NCBI GenBank assembly: GCA_026023565.1
Contig: JAPETS010000020.1
Location: forward strand, 124,001 to 188,000
Direction: 5' to 3'
Source: Cirrosporium novae-zelandiae
Lineage: Eukaryota
Length of the DNA stretch: 64,000 nt
Position 1 is the first letter of the stretch. Each line of letters starts with the position of its first letter. Made by a program: the position numbers and the translations under genes. Shown here piece after piece: positions 24,864 through 37,100 of the stretch. A model generated the notes under the pieces. The model did no database searches, had not been told where the DNA came from, and saw nothing but the letters and a program-made list of their open reading frames with translations.

Positions 24864-25389
24864 ATAGTTATACATTTGGAGTTATTCTTGTGATGGTAGG
24901 TGTATATCAATAACATTAGAAAATAGCTCAGTTATTACAGCTTACATCACTGAAAAAGCCTGAGCACTTGCAATGTAAGGCTTCTTAGGAGAACCATCAC
25001 GTGTCTAATGAAATACAACAATGAAGAGGTAGATAAGGAATTCTAAGAAGAAAGAGGTTTATTGTGATGCTGGGTTTTGGACTGACGGCCAACGGCAACT
25101 ACAACGGTCGTTGTACCTCGTTCATTGCAAGTTTTTGCGCTTGCCATCATAAGGAAATCTCCAGCCCTTCATGACCAATAGGTTGTGAGCTAGGACTCTC
25201 AATCATGGTCCATGAGGGGATAAAACCAAGGATGTTTGTTGCTGTTGTACGTCTTCAATAGCTTAAATTCGGCATCTCTAGTCAAAATTTGGCCAAGGAG
25301 ACTGTCATCTTAAGGTAGATGAACCCCCCAATTTGTTGTTTTGGCGCCTGTTGGCATTTTAGTGACGGGTGTTTTTCAATGCTATCCGT

Positions 25390-25988
25390 CTATGTTTCCA
25401 ACGAGCTAGGCTCATCGGTCGTACACGAGAGCTTCACCAGTTCGAAAAACTCTCGGATACCTTCACCATCGACGCCCTCTCTTCCCTGTAGTTTCCGTAG
25501 CTGGTATAATGCGTGATTTAATCTCTGTTCTGGCTTCCACCGCTTTTCATTGCCATATCTTCGATTTCTTCCTCGATCATCCAAACGGTTCTCTGGGGCA
25601 TGAATGTCATCGGATTGTTCGACTGTGTATTGAAATATTGTGTGAAGATCTGCGCGAAGGTTTGGGTACTTTGCAAATAAGCGTTGGAGCTGATCACTGT
25701 GCTCAAGCGCAGAGAAAGGAGACTGAAGATTGTTATGGCCGTTATTGTCAATGCGGTTGTCGCTAGCCTCATTTGATACCTCTGCTAACGGTCTATTGTT
25801 TGGTTGACTTGTGGTTAAAATTCCTGGACAGTTCTCTGTATGCGTCTTGGTACATTTCAAGGAACAGCTATTAACAATTAGCCTCAAAGCTTTCAAAACG
25901 AGAAGATTGGTTACCTTTGCAGCCGACATGAAGGGCATCTATATTTTGCAGGGTTCTGCGAGCAGATTTCGCAGATAGTCGTAGCCAT
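25390..25988 (-). CDS. HIT-type zinc finger protein (Hit1/ZNHIT3-like)
   Basis: Exon 1 25988-25915 MATTICEICSQNPAKYRCPSC, intron 25914-25868, exon 2 begins CSLKCTKTH, completing a zf-HIT domain. Confidence 0.85.
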
Positions 25989-26317
25989 TTGCTGACCTCT
26001 ACTAAAAATCCTAGGGGATGAGTATTGAAATGTGTTTGATAGGCTATATATTTAAGTGTTGGATAATATATCAAAACTATCAATTAACTTTCGTTATTTA
26101 AGATTCTGTTTATAGTTTTAAATCCATTCTCCCTATTCGTTATCGAGACACTTAGATCACATGACCTGACGTAATTAACTCCTACTTGGACTAATCCGAT
26201 AGAGGTCCGATTTCTAATCTCGAAACAATAATTTTATATTTTACAAAGTACCGTCATTGAAACCATTGAATTCCATTCATACCTTACTCCACTACTCCGC
26301 CATACATTTGTTTGAGA

Positions 26318-27265
26318 ATGGCATCAAAGAATATCTCAAGACCAGCCAAGCGCTTACTACAAGAAGTTCGATCGCCGGTTGTTTGTGGTGATGCTTCTCG
26401 GTTCTTTGCCGCAGCTCCGCAATATCTTCAACGCAGCAGATTATCCACCATTACATCCCCCAACACCTATCGAAGACCAAGATTTCAGAGAACAAATAGG
26501 CAGACCTTCAACCTTCAGAGCTCCAGATCCATATTTATACAGACCGAACCCACCCCGAACGCTGACGCTCTCAAATTTATTCCTAATCACAAAATACTTC
26601 CAGAAGGATTACCTTCATCATTTCTAGAATATTTATCGCCGAGATCCACCCTTGCTCCTCCTTATCCGTCGCCTCTTGCCTCTAGGCTCCTCAATATTGA
26701 CGGTGTTAAATCTGTTTTCTATGGCTCCGACTTCATTACCGTTACGAAAGAGGCAGATGTCAATTGGGCTCATATTAAACCCGAAGTTTTTAGCCTGATC
26801 ACCGAGGCAGTTACATCTGGTGAACAGATCGTAAACAAAATCGATAAAACTGCAGATAACTCCGGTCAGCAAGGCGGCGAGGTCGAGAGCTTAGGCTATC
26901 ATGAAGATGACGATGAAGTTGTTGGAATGATCAAGGAACTTTTGGAAACACGGATAAGACCTGCAATCCAGGAAGATGGAGGAGATATTGAATATAGAGG
27001 GTTTGAAAATGGGATGGTACTGCTCAAGCTCCGAGGGGCGTGCCGGACGTGCGATTCCAGCACCGTCACTTTGAAGAATGGCATTGAGAGCATGCTAATG
27101 CACTATATTGAGGAGGTAAAGGGCGTTACGCAAGTGCTTGACGAGGAAGAGGAGATCGCGATGCAAGAGTTTGCTAAGTTTGAAGCGAAACTCAAACAGC
27201 AAAAGGGCCCTGACGCAATCGCATCTACGGTCGGTAAAGGTAGTCTTGATACGGTGGAGGCTTAA
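26318..27265 (+). CDS. NFU1: Mitochondrial Fe-S cluster protein Nfu1
   Basis: Presequence, Nfu_N (IFIQTEPTPNADALKF) and NifU-C (IRPAIQEDGGD...GACRTC) domains; divergent from the zf-HIT gene. Confidence 0.95.
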   Translation: MASKNISRPAKRLLQEVRSPVVCGDASRFFAAAPQYLQRSRLSTITSPNTYRRPRFQRTNRQTFNLQSSRSIFIQTEPTPNADALKFIPNHKILPEGLPSSFLEYLSPRSTLAPPYPSPLASRLLNIDGVKSVFYGSDFITVTKEADVNWAHIKPEVFSLITEAVTSGEQIVNKIDKTADNSGQQGGEVESLGYHEDDDEVVGMIKELLETRIRPAIQEDGGDIEYRGFENGMVLLKLRGACRTCDSSTVTLKNGIESMLMHYIEEVKGVTQVLDEEEEIAMQEFAKFEAKLKQQKGPDAIASTVGKGSLDTVEA

Positions 27266-30227
27266 AAGCATCATATTATTACCGGCATTGGATTGGATTG
27301 TACTACTAGCCAGTAGGCTCGTTCGAGGATTGGGTTATGCTAAAACGTCTATGGTTTATGGTGTTTCAGGAACCAATGTCGCGAATTTCACAGAGAAGCC
27401 AGCCGTGCAGGCGGTGCCAGCGTAGTGTACTAACAGAATTAGATTATTCTTGCTTACTTGTCTATCAACGGGCACGAACGAGGTAGCGTAATGGATGATC
27501 AACTAGCCAGCCATGTACAGAGTCTATTGGAGTTTCCCAACAAGATTTTGAATTAATGGATTTACCATTTATGAATACAAAGTCTAAAAGATAATTATTT
27601 CACTCTGTCAACGATCTGTCTACTCTAGAATCGATCGAAGTATTCAAGGTACCCAAGGTATTAGGAGGTTTTCTGACATACGTCAATAGATCCCAAGAAG
27701 TAGATGGCGCATACAAAAATCAGTCAAGTCACGAGGACTTGGGGGGGAGGGGTCTAGGGAACCCTGGAGGCAAGTCAGATGGTTCCCGTTTGAGCAAGAA
27801 AAGGCTCCAGTAATTACCGAAAAACCATCAGATTACGACTACACGGTTGCTTTGGTTGCGTGGATTGATCCATACTGAAAATCATTCGAAAGGATATAAG
27901 AATTGGGCTGAAAGTGATGTAAAGACTTTACTTTATCGAAGCTCTCTCCCAATAAACGAGTCAAGTTATGAAGAGTAAGAAGCATATTCATAGCGCTTAC
28001 TTTAAAAAAAACAACATAGAGATTGATGATGATTGACATGTTAGAGCTTTGATGACGGATGACGGAGAAGGGCGAGGTCATGGTCGATGGTCTCGTTGTC
28101 TTTTAGGTGGCCCCTCATTGATCCCAAAGTGTTCTATGCCACTAACGAGAAAACGGCTGGTGTCTGTACCTCTCAAACTTCTTTTGCAAATCATCAATTG
28201 AAAATCATCCTTTGGAAGGTGAGAGAGGGGGGGGTGGTTGGGGGGTTTGAGAGGGGGGAGGGAGAGGGGAAATAGACGGTGGAGAGAAAATCAGAGATCA
28301 GACATCTTGAATGCATCAAGCTCGGTTACCAGCAGACAGACAGACGACAGATAGACAGATAAACAGACGTACACACCAGCAGCATAGCATTAGCATAACA
28401 TCAGTGCACTGTAAAAATGATGTGCCTTGTTGTGGCGTGCAGTAGTACAATAGGAGATTGAACGAATTAAAAGAGGGATAAAATGATGAATTGGAGACAG
28501 TTCCTTGGTTGAGGATGACTGGCATTGGGGCATTGGGGCAATTGGGACATTGGCTGGTATGGTCCCAGACAGACAAGAATTACTGCAGAATTACAGTAAA
28601 ATTACAAGCAAACCCTTCCAACTTGGAATTCACGTGGCAACCAACCCCTCTCCAAATCTCCAGTTTCTACAATTTCTGCTGTCTATCAAGTTCAACTTGA
28701 CAGCCTTTTCTATACACACACGATTATATATACACACACACTCACACACAACACAGTATGGGCCTATTCTCCTTTAGGGTTCCACCTATTTTATACACAA
28801 TAATATCTATCGAATAATAATTAACTAAAATACTATTAACCTCAGGTGAGAAAAAAAAAGTTTGGATTTTATGCACAGGTTTAATGAAAATCTCAGATTT
28901 CAACAACCGCCAGCCTTTCTTTCTTTTCTAAACACAGCATGACCATCTATTTCCATTATGGATGGGTGTGTTGCTTCTCCTCCTCCTCCTCCTCCTCCTT
29001 CTCCTTCTCCCCAAAATAGTCTCAAAGCTCTCGAGCGAGGAGGTTCCATCAAATAAAAAACAAAATAATAAAAGATCTTCAGGTTTTTGCCATGGGTTCG
29101 TCTTGATATTGCCAACTAAAGTTCAACCACCGCATCATAGCTGCTGGGGGTGCATGGTAGACTGCATAGTCCGAATAATTATGACTGAGGATGAAGATGA
29201 GTGGATGTAACGACCAAAGTAATTAGTTCTTGCGGCGTGTTCCCGACTGGCGACTGGAGACTGGCGAACAGCGTTAAAGAACAATGAATGATTGGATTCA
29301 TTGAAGAGCCAGACCCCTCAAGCTTGGATTGATTTCTCTCCACATTCCTTCCCTCGGTCATGAATGAATTATTCTCCTAGCATAGTTAGATAATTAAATA
29401 ATTAGATCGTTACCTAGATACCTAGAGACCTACTTGTAATTGTAGACCCCTGAAACCGCCGACTTTTACAAAAAGAGCTTTGTGTGGTTGTACTAATTAT
29501 GTATGGTACGTAGGTACGTAGGTACTCAGATAAGTATTTGGTACTCACAGTAATTGCGATAGAAGTAAAATCCCCCCCCCCCCCAACATCTCGGCTCCTC
29601 ACCTTGAAGGTAATGAATGTAATTTTAATTAATTACGAGGTATCTAAAGTATCTATCTATACACACACACGACGCAATATTTTCATTTCCTCGTTCCTCT
29701 CATCCTCGAAAATTAACCGGTGCGGAGAATCCTTACTTTTTGTCCCCACCCTGGCATCCTCGCACCTTCGCCAATAATCCCCCTCCCAGGGGTCCTCTTC
29801 TTCACCTGATTCTGATCCAAAAGAACATTAACTGATAGCCCGCCACTACATTAAACCTTTTCGCTGTCCATTGTTCATTTGTGTTAATTTTTGGAGGCTG
29901 TTGGATTGTTACATTGTATTGTACCTTTCATCCCTTTCAGCAACACAAGACTTATTGTTCCTCCCCCCCCCCCCGGATTATTGCCCCAGATATTACTAGT
30001 CGCCTCCCCACATTTTCTCGCACGAGGTCACTGCGTCCAGCCGAGCACCGAGTTCCTTGAACCTTTACCAACCTCCTCCTTCAACTTGTCCATCCCAACT
30101 TCCTCCGCCTGGTGGCCCAGTTTCAATTTTTATAGACCATTGTCGCAATACCTATTCTCAGTGCGCCTCATACACCGTTCCTTCATCCATCCAATTCTAG
30201 TCGGCCCAGGACTACACTAGCCAAATA

Positions 30228-31495
30228 GTATGTCATGTCTCTAGATTCCCCTCGACTTTCGTTGGCCATATCCGAACGAACAATTCCTTCCAGTTCCATA
30301 TCCCTAATTACCCTATATTTTCAGGAGTTTTTTCCAATTAGATCGGTACGCTTTCAGCGTCATTGCCGCACTCGAAATTATCACCAACAGCCTTAGACAA
30401 ACAATGCGCTAACGTCCATAATCTAGATCGTGCTGCTTAGCCGCGTAAATACATGTCCTTTAGCAGCGTTTGAAGTCCTGAAAAATCAGCGAGGGAGATC
30501 AGAATAGATAAGCCTAGGTAAGAGCCAAGGCATTAAGCGTTTTAATTCCCACGATACCTTTTTTCGAAGCTTCCGTCCATCCCCTCGCGTCTATCCTCCA
30601 TATAGCGTATACGTCAAGTGTATCCTGAGCTCCAAATAATTGAATGTTATCAATGGGACTTAGATCTTCATTGCATTATCCTCCCGTGCCTTACGACGGA
30701 ACAATTGCATGATTCTTTCATTGAATATCGCACGCTGCCGACTTGAAGAATCGTTCATCTTTCCTACCCCGAGTGCTCCATTAAGATTCATATACTTTCG
30801 CTACATTTGATGAGAAGGGACTCATCAATGTGATATTTAGGATCAACAACAGGCGGACTTGTATTATTCGAATCCCATTGTTGGCAGCTGGTACAGGGTC
30901 ATTCTTCGAATCAGTTTCATTAAACTCCGAGTTGGACCTTTTTCAATTCTCACTTAGACACCTAAAATATCGTCAAAACTGAAACTATCCTACGAATTTG
31001 TTGAGTTGCCCACCGCACCGCCTCACCACACGACACTGTCACACGGAACTCTTATAACGCTACCCTCTCTTTGATATTCATATACTTCGTTCCACATTGC
31101 TCGACCAAGTCCATTCATGAAGGTCTTCTAACTTTTTAGCTGGTAAGTTATTTAATTCTTTAGCAGCGAAATATTCCTCTAAAGTTACTACAAGTATTAA
31201 CTCCCATTCTTTAGCCCAACAACTCATCGATTGGATGTCAAGTTCTGTTAACCGGAATTGAGTGCTTAGAACCTGGTAAGCTGCCTATTTCATACCTGTT
31301 TAGCGGCTGTTCAGCTGTCAAGCCGTACTCTTAATCACCCCACATTCTGATCACGAGTCTACCAGGGATCCCTGACAGAAGGACGCTTAAATTCGGCGAA
31401 CATCAAACAACTTTGTACCTTGCATGAACTCACCAACATCCTCAAGCAACCTATAGTCATCATTATCTCCCGGCACTGAGAAGCCAGACTCGAAC
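30228..31495 (+). promoter_or_regulatory. Multi-intron 5' leader with uORFs upstream of the PSP1-domain gene
   Basis: Donor/branch/acceptor sets at 30228-30324, 30346-30426, 30518-31139, 31143-31214 and 31276-31365; uORFs at 30453, 31235 and 31424. Confidence 0.55.
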
Positions 31496-34275
31496 ATGGC
31501 GTCTCCTTCCGGCCGTGCTGTGACACAAGCACCTAAAAATGGCCGTCCTTCCTTCAGCACCGCACCATCCTTACCATCACCCAACGCATCGATGCTCTTG
31601 GAGAAAACAAAAGCTGGTACTGCTATTCGACGGTCCACACCGGACTCCGAAGTTTTTGTGCAAAGTGATGACGAACAAGACCATCGCGCACGAACGCAAA
31701 CATCGCAACCACCGAATCCTGCAGCCACCAAAGTTAATCGAAGATCCTCGTGGCTCAACGATATTCCACCTGCAGCGCAACGCAAAGGGTCGATAGCAGC
31801 CAGCAGCTCTCTTTCGGGTGCCAACTCCTATCCTAATACACCCTCTGGAGATCAAGGCCCGTTTAGCAGTGGATCTATAACAAGTCCTACTATCGGATCT
31901 AATGGTGCTTGGGGACAAACGTTTTGGGGTACGGGTATCTGGAACAATGACCCCAGGAAGCCTGCGCCAGCAAGAGTATCTGAGATTTTACCTTCACCAT
32001 CATCAACAAATGGCATGGCCTCTGGTGATTACTTTGAGTTGAAAAACAATCCCGCATTTGGAAATGTGACTGAATCTGCAATTCCCTTTCCAATACCCCT
32101 ACACCCGACACCGAAGACATATCGCTCGCAATCATATTCCGTCGGCCAGCTTGATCCTGATTCTCTAAACTCTTTACCGTCAAATGCAGGCGTCCCGCTC
32201 TATGCAAATCGGAATAGGAATGGTTTGCAACATCGGCCTTCTCGACCAAGTATGCTTGGAAATGTTGATGAAAATGCACCACTCGGCCGGCTTCACGAGG
32301 TCGAGGATGATGATAGCACAACCGGTTCGGAGGACGATCGTCATTGGTCTATATCCCAAGCGCAAAGGGTGAAGCAGCTTGCATTGGAGAATGCGTTATT
32401 GAAACAGGCATTTAGCCAAGCGGAACAGGGTGGATTGCCTCATCGTGCCAGTGTTTCATCTGCAGTTTCTGGTGGATTTTCTCGACAGTCTGCAGGCTTT
32501 CTCAATCAAGCCCACATGCAAAGTGGAAACGGGCTTGATCTCGCAGTAGAGGACATCGACGAACTCAGTGACTATCATGGACATGGATCCCAGATGCCTA
32601 CTGGTAGAAGGTACAGTGAATACAGTGCTAATGCCGACAATCAGTACTCGCCCATGTTTCCCGAAAATCGTAAGTTGGAAAGCATTAAAAAGGGATTTTG
32701 GCAGAGCTCCCCCGGTATTGGTGGCTTCGCCGAACCTCCGCAGAGCAGGAGGCACTCCTTTGCTGATATGCCCACACGCCGTGGGTCGATGAATTCCGTA
32801 GCCGGTGAACCCACGACCCGAAGAACAGGCATGACTCAAGTGTCTGGGTCAACCGCAAACGAGGATATGCTAGGACGATTAGATGACGGTACAGCTCGTC
32901 CCATACGAGAAGACAATAGTGAGTACGCCTTTTATCATATATTTCAAGCCATCGAAGAAAAATCCATGAGACATAGACATTTACAAGCCCGTTGTTATGC
33001 AGCTTCGTATTTCGCTGGATTGGACCCTTCAAGTCGTGGAGGGGAAGTCCAGTCGCCAACGACGCCCATCAGTTCTCTACAAGCATATGGGGTCCCAAAC
33101 CCATATGGCCGCCCCCAACATTTTCCGTCTTCACATCATTACCATCAGAGTCTGGTTATCGTGACTTTTAAATGTTATCGCGCCGATGCCTTCTATGTCC
33201 AAGAGGATACTGGTTTGCAGGTCAAGCAAGGCGATCTTGTCATCGTAGAAGCCGATAGAGGAACCGATCTAGGTACAGTTGCCTGTGAGGGGGTTATCTG
33301 GACCAAGGCCAAAGAACTCAAAGAACAATATGCCGAGGAGCATTACAAATGGCTCATGATGTTTTCTCGCCACAACCAAAGTGGGAATCCAAATGCCGTA
33401 AATCCAAACGGCCTGCCAAACCACGGCGGGCAAGGAAGTGCGGTTGGTGGCATGGGTCCACCTGGTCACCACAACCTGCAAGAGCCTGGCTCTGGTGAGC
33501 TGAAGCCGAAGATGATCAAGCGTCTAGCTCAGAATCACGAAATTCAAGCACTTCGAGATAAAGAAGGGAATGAAGCAAAAGCCAAACGTGTTTGCCAGCA
33601 AAAGGTTATTGAACACCGATTGAATATGGAGATTCTCGATGCCGAATTTCAGATGTACGTAACAACCTATTTGGTCCGGGTCATAAATGCTAATGCTTTT
33701 TTAGGGATTGGAAGAAACTTACCTTCTACTACTTTGCTGATACATATATCAATTTTAACTCTCTTGTGACTGACCTCTTCAAGATTTATAAGACTCGGAT
33801 TTGGATGTCAGCCATAAATCCTGCCTCCTTTGCTAGTCCTTCTGCAGGGCTTCAGCTACCGACCGGCCTAGGTGCTGGGAATTTAGGCCATGGCCGTGGG
33901 AGTCCAGGGGATCGTCGACGACATCACGAGCAGTCCTATGGCAATCGATCTCCTGGTTCTTTCCCGCAACCCGACGTTGGCCGTGATGCCGATTCACTCC
34001 AGGTAGGGGGGTTCGTCAATCCGTATGTTCAATCTTACCAGCAACCCCCCATTGGAGTTCGTCCGACAGGACTTGGTGTGACCGGATTTGCTCAGCCTGG
34101 TCAAGCACCTCTTGACAATTTCAATGGGTTCGCATCCGGCACACCAAGTGGCCAAGATCCTCAATTAGGGGAATATCCGGGCGGGGCGAATAGCAATCTA
34201 CGAGGTCTTCCAGGAATTCATCCTATCGGGAGCGAATGGCTCAACAACTTCCAGGGGCTGTCACTCGGTTCATGA
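31496..34275 (+). CDS. PSP1 C-terminal domain protein
   Basis: Exon 31496-33654, intron 33655-33704, exon 33705-34275. Motifs GDLVIVEADRGTDLG, MEILDAEFQM|DWKKLTFYYFA and LFKIYKTRIWM. Confidence 0.9.
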
Positions 34276-35834
34276 ATCGAGAGACCATCTGGTCTGACGG
34301 CTTGAGCGCAGCCAGTCACGGTCTGAACGATATCGCTCCACCAATTCGTTGTACTTTATTCTTTACCGTCTTATTGTAATTTTTTAGACACAAGCTGGTC
34401 GTGACAAACTTTTCCGGAGCTACCTGCATGGGAATAATCTTCAGTATGCCTTCGAGACATTCGATCGCTTTTCAGCTAGTGCCACACGGCGTTTCAATAC
34501 AATACACTTCCTGTCGCCGCCACAACGAGCGATTTCGCGTTGCTACACCACCTTACATTCTTTCAGGTGGTGAGGTTAGCAGTCATATATTGGGGAACGG
34601 GTTTGGAGAGACTTGGTCCTCACCGGTCCTGTCCTCTCATTTCGAATGATTTATGAACAGAGGGATCATATAAAGAAAAGACAGAAAAAAGACTCGAAAA
34701 ACTTAGCTTGGACCCAGTTGGACCCCGACCGTTATCGAATCGATAGACTCATGCACATCCGAAGATGATGGTTCGTTTGGCCAACCTCGGTCATTGCCTT
34801 TAGATTTTAGATACAAATCGGAAAAGTAGCCAGGGATATGGAAGGGAAAAGCAGAAGCAGGCGCATTGACGATATGCGGCGACGACATAATATTATGAGC
34901 ACACGAAGGAAGCATCAGAAAATTCTGAAGGGGATCCCGGGAAAGTTTCAATTTTTTATTTCACTGTCTACTTTATTTCTTCTCTCCATTGTTAGTTTAG
35001 CCTTTTTATGGAAACGGATGGATGGAATCAGCCCGAATCAGGATAGATATTATGGCGGCGATTGTGGCGCAAGGTTTGATCAAAACCGGTCTTCTTGTGT
35101 ACCTTATCTATCCCGAAAACTTCATTACTCTTTGTTTGGATGCGCGATGTGGATATGACTAGTCGTCAGCTTTCTGGAGATGTTTTCTTAAACTTCTTAC
35201 TTGTCTAGCTGTATGTCTAGGTCGTGCCCGGAAGGGGAAGCTGAAATGGGCACCCAACTCTCGAATCTCTGCTCAAAATGGACAGGGGATTTCTTCTCTT
35301 CTTGCTGCAGAAGCAATGACGGCGAGACCGAGGTCTCTTCTACGGATATTGAAGAGTCGCGAATGAATATGGCTTTATTGGCTGGTTATCAAATTCATCT
35401 CCAGTCTATCCTAGATTACTACTAATAATCACGGCCGATCAATGAATCAATAAATACACATTCTACTTCTATAACCATGCATATTCTTCTTCTTCTCTTT
35501 GATCTCTGGAGCATTATGATACCCTTGAGTCTGGGCGGGGACAGTTCGCTGGTATTTCAGCTCGCTGTCTTGTCAACCCTCTCGTGGTCGATGGGGCCTC
35601 TTTGTGTTTTTGTAAGGAATCTAACCGGCACTTATAAAGCGTAGCTCTCATTTTTGATCTCGATACCGGCTTTCCTATCCTATATATTAGCCGTTCCGTC
35701 GGTATATGTCCCTATATTAGATGGCTAAGCTCATTATTTTCATACCACTTGTTAGATAGCAACATCGATGTAATCGATCCTCCGGATTATAGGCGGCTCT
35801 TACTGCTAGATGCATCATTTCCAGGATATATATG

Positions 35835-36440
35835 TTATCGGGAACTGATTCCTTGACACTGCTCTTCTAAAACCTTCAATTCTTCTACCACTTCCTCTCC
35901 AAGCTCTTTCCCCCCTCCAGGCAATTTTCCGAGTCGACCATATCTCAGGTCACTCAGTTCACCCACTCGACCTCGCATCTCCTCTAGGAGCTTCTTCTCG
36001 TCCTCTTCCATACCATCAACCTCCTTCTGCACATATTCGCATGCTGCCTCTAACTCGGCTATCATACTACTAGGTGAGTGCTGTTTTCTCCTCCCCGCTT
36101 CAATCCCCACAGTAGACAAATCCATTGGCCCATCGAAAGCTTCTCCCATCATAATATCACCGTTCGACGGTATTGCAGCGTCAGCCTCGGCCCTTCTTGT
36201 GCGTGTGATCTGCCGCCGCACCTTCTCTCCACGTTTTGCTTCCTCTTCAATGTTGAGGCGCACCTGGTCGGCATCGCGAGAACGCTGATGTTGAATACTA
36301 GCATAGAGATAGCGAATTTGTGGGTTAGATTGTAGGGAGGCGGGGAAGAGAGCTGTGAATTCGGACAAGGTGAGGAATGCCGGAAGGGGGGCGGGGGAGA
36401 GCAGGAAGTTGGTGAGGATACTGGACTCTGTAGGAGCCAT
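35835..36440 (-). CDS. Cnl2/Nkp2-family kinetochore protein
   Basis: ATG at 36440: MAPTESSILTNFLLSPAPLP...LFP..QIRYLY; C-terminal ELSDLRYGRL; coiled-coil. Confidence 0.8.
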   Translation of the reverse strand: MAPTESSILTNFLLSPAPLPAFLTLSEFTALFPASLQSNPQIRYLYASIQHQRSRDADQVRLNIEEEAKRGEKVRRQITRTRRAEADAAIPSNGDIMMGEAFDGPMDLSTVGIEAGRRKQHSPSSMIAELEAACEYVQKEVDGMEEDEKKLLEEMRGRVGELSDLRYGRLGKLPGGGKELGEEVVEELKVLEEQCQGISSR

Positions 36441-37100
36441 TGAAGCAGAGGAATCGGTACTCTCTATAAGAAGGTAATATAATAATACGTGCCTCAATAT
36501 GACCCAGCTGAAAGAAAGAATTTGCTGCTATCGTCTTGTGCACGCAACGGAGAACTCGATGTTTTGCCCGCAACGGAGGAGCTGCGGATGGACTGCGATG
36601 TCCAAAAAGAGTTTAGCTTAGTATTTTATGACGACAATACCATATTGAATTGGACTGGATACCTAGGTATGTATTGAGGTGTATTCAGTCAATGGCCTGA
36701 AAATTCCATGGTTATTGGTATTCTTCTCCTCGAGTGTTGCTAAGGACCAAGGTACGACTATTGTTCCATTGTCGATCTATTGGATTGAGTCTCTATTCAT
36801 CACAATATTTTAGGGTTGACCGAGAAAACGCGCTTGCTTCTCACTTCTACCAACTGGACTATTTCAACCTCTACACCAACTCACACACTTCACCTCAACT
36901 CTTTTAAATTTCCACAACCAGCCACTTTCTTCCTTCAAAAATCTTTCTCACACTTGACCACTTGACTAGAACTTCATCCTTCTTCTCCCTCTTCTTCTGA
37001 AGCTCATCGTTTACACTTATTCAGACTATCCATTTACTTCATCTCATCAGTAAGATATCTCCCTACTAAGCTTACGCCTCAAGTGAAGGTTGTCTTTACG

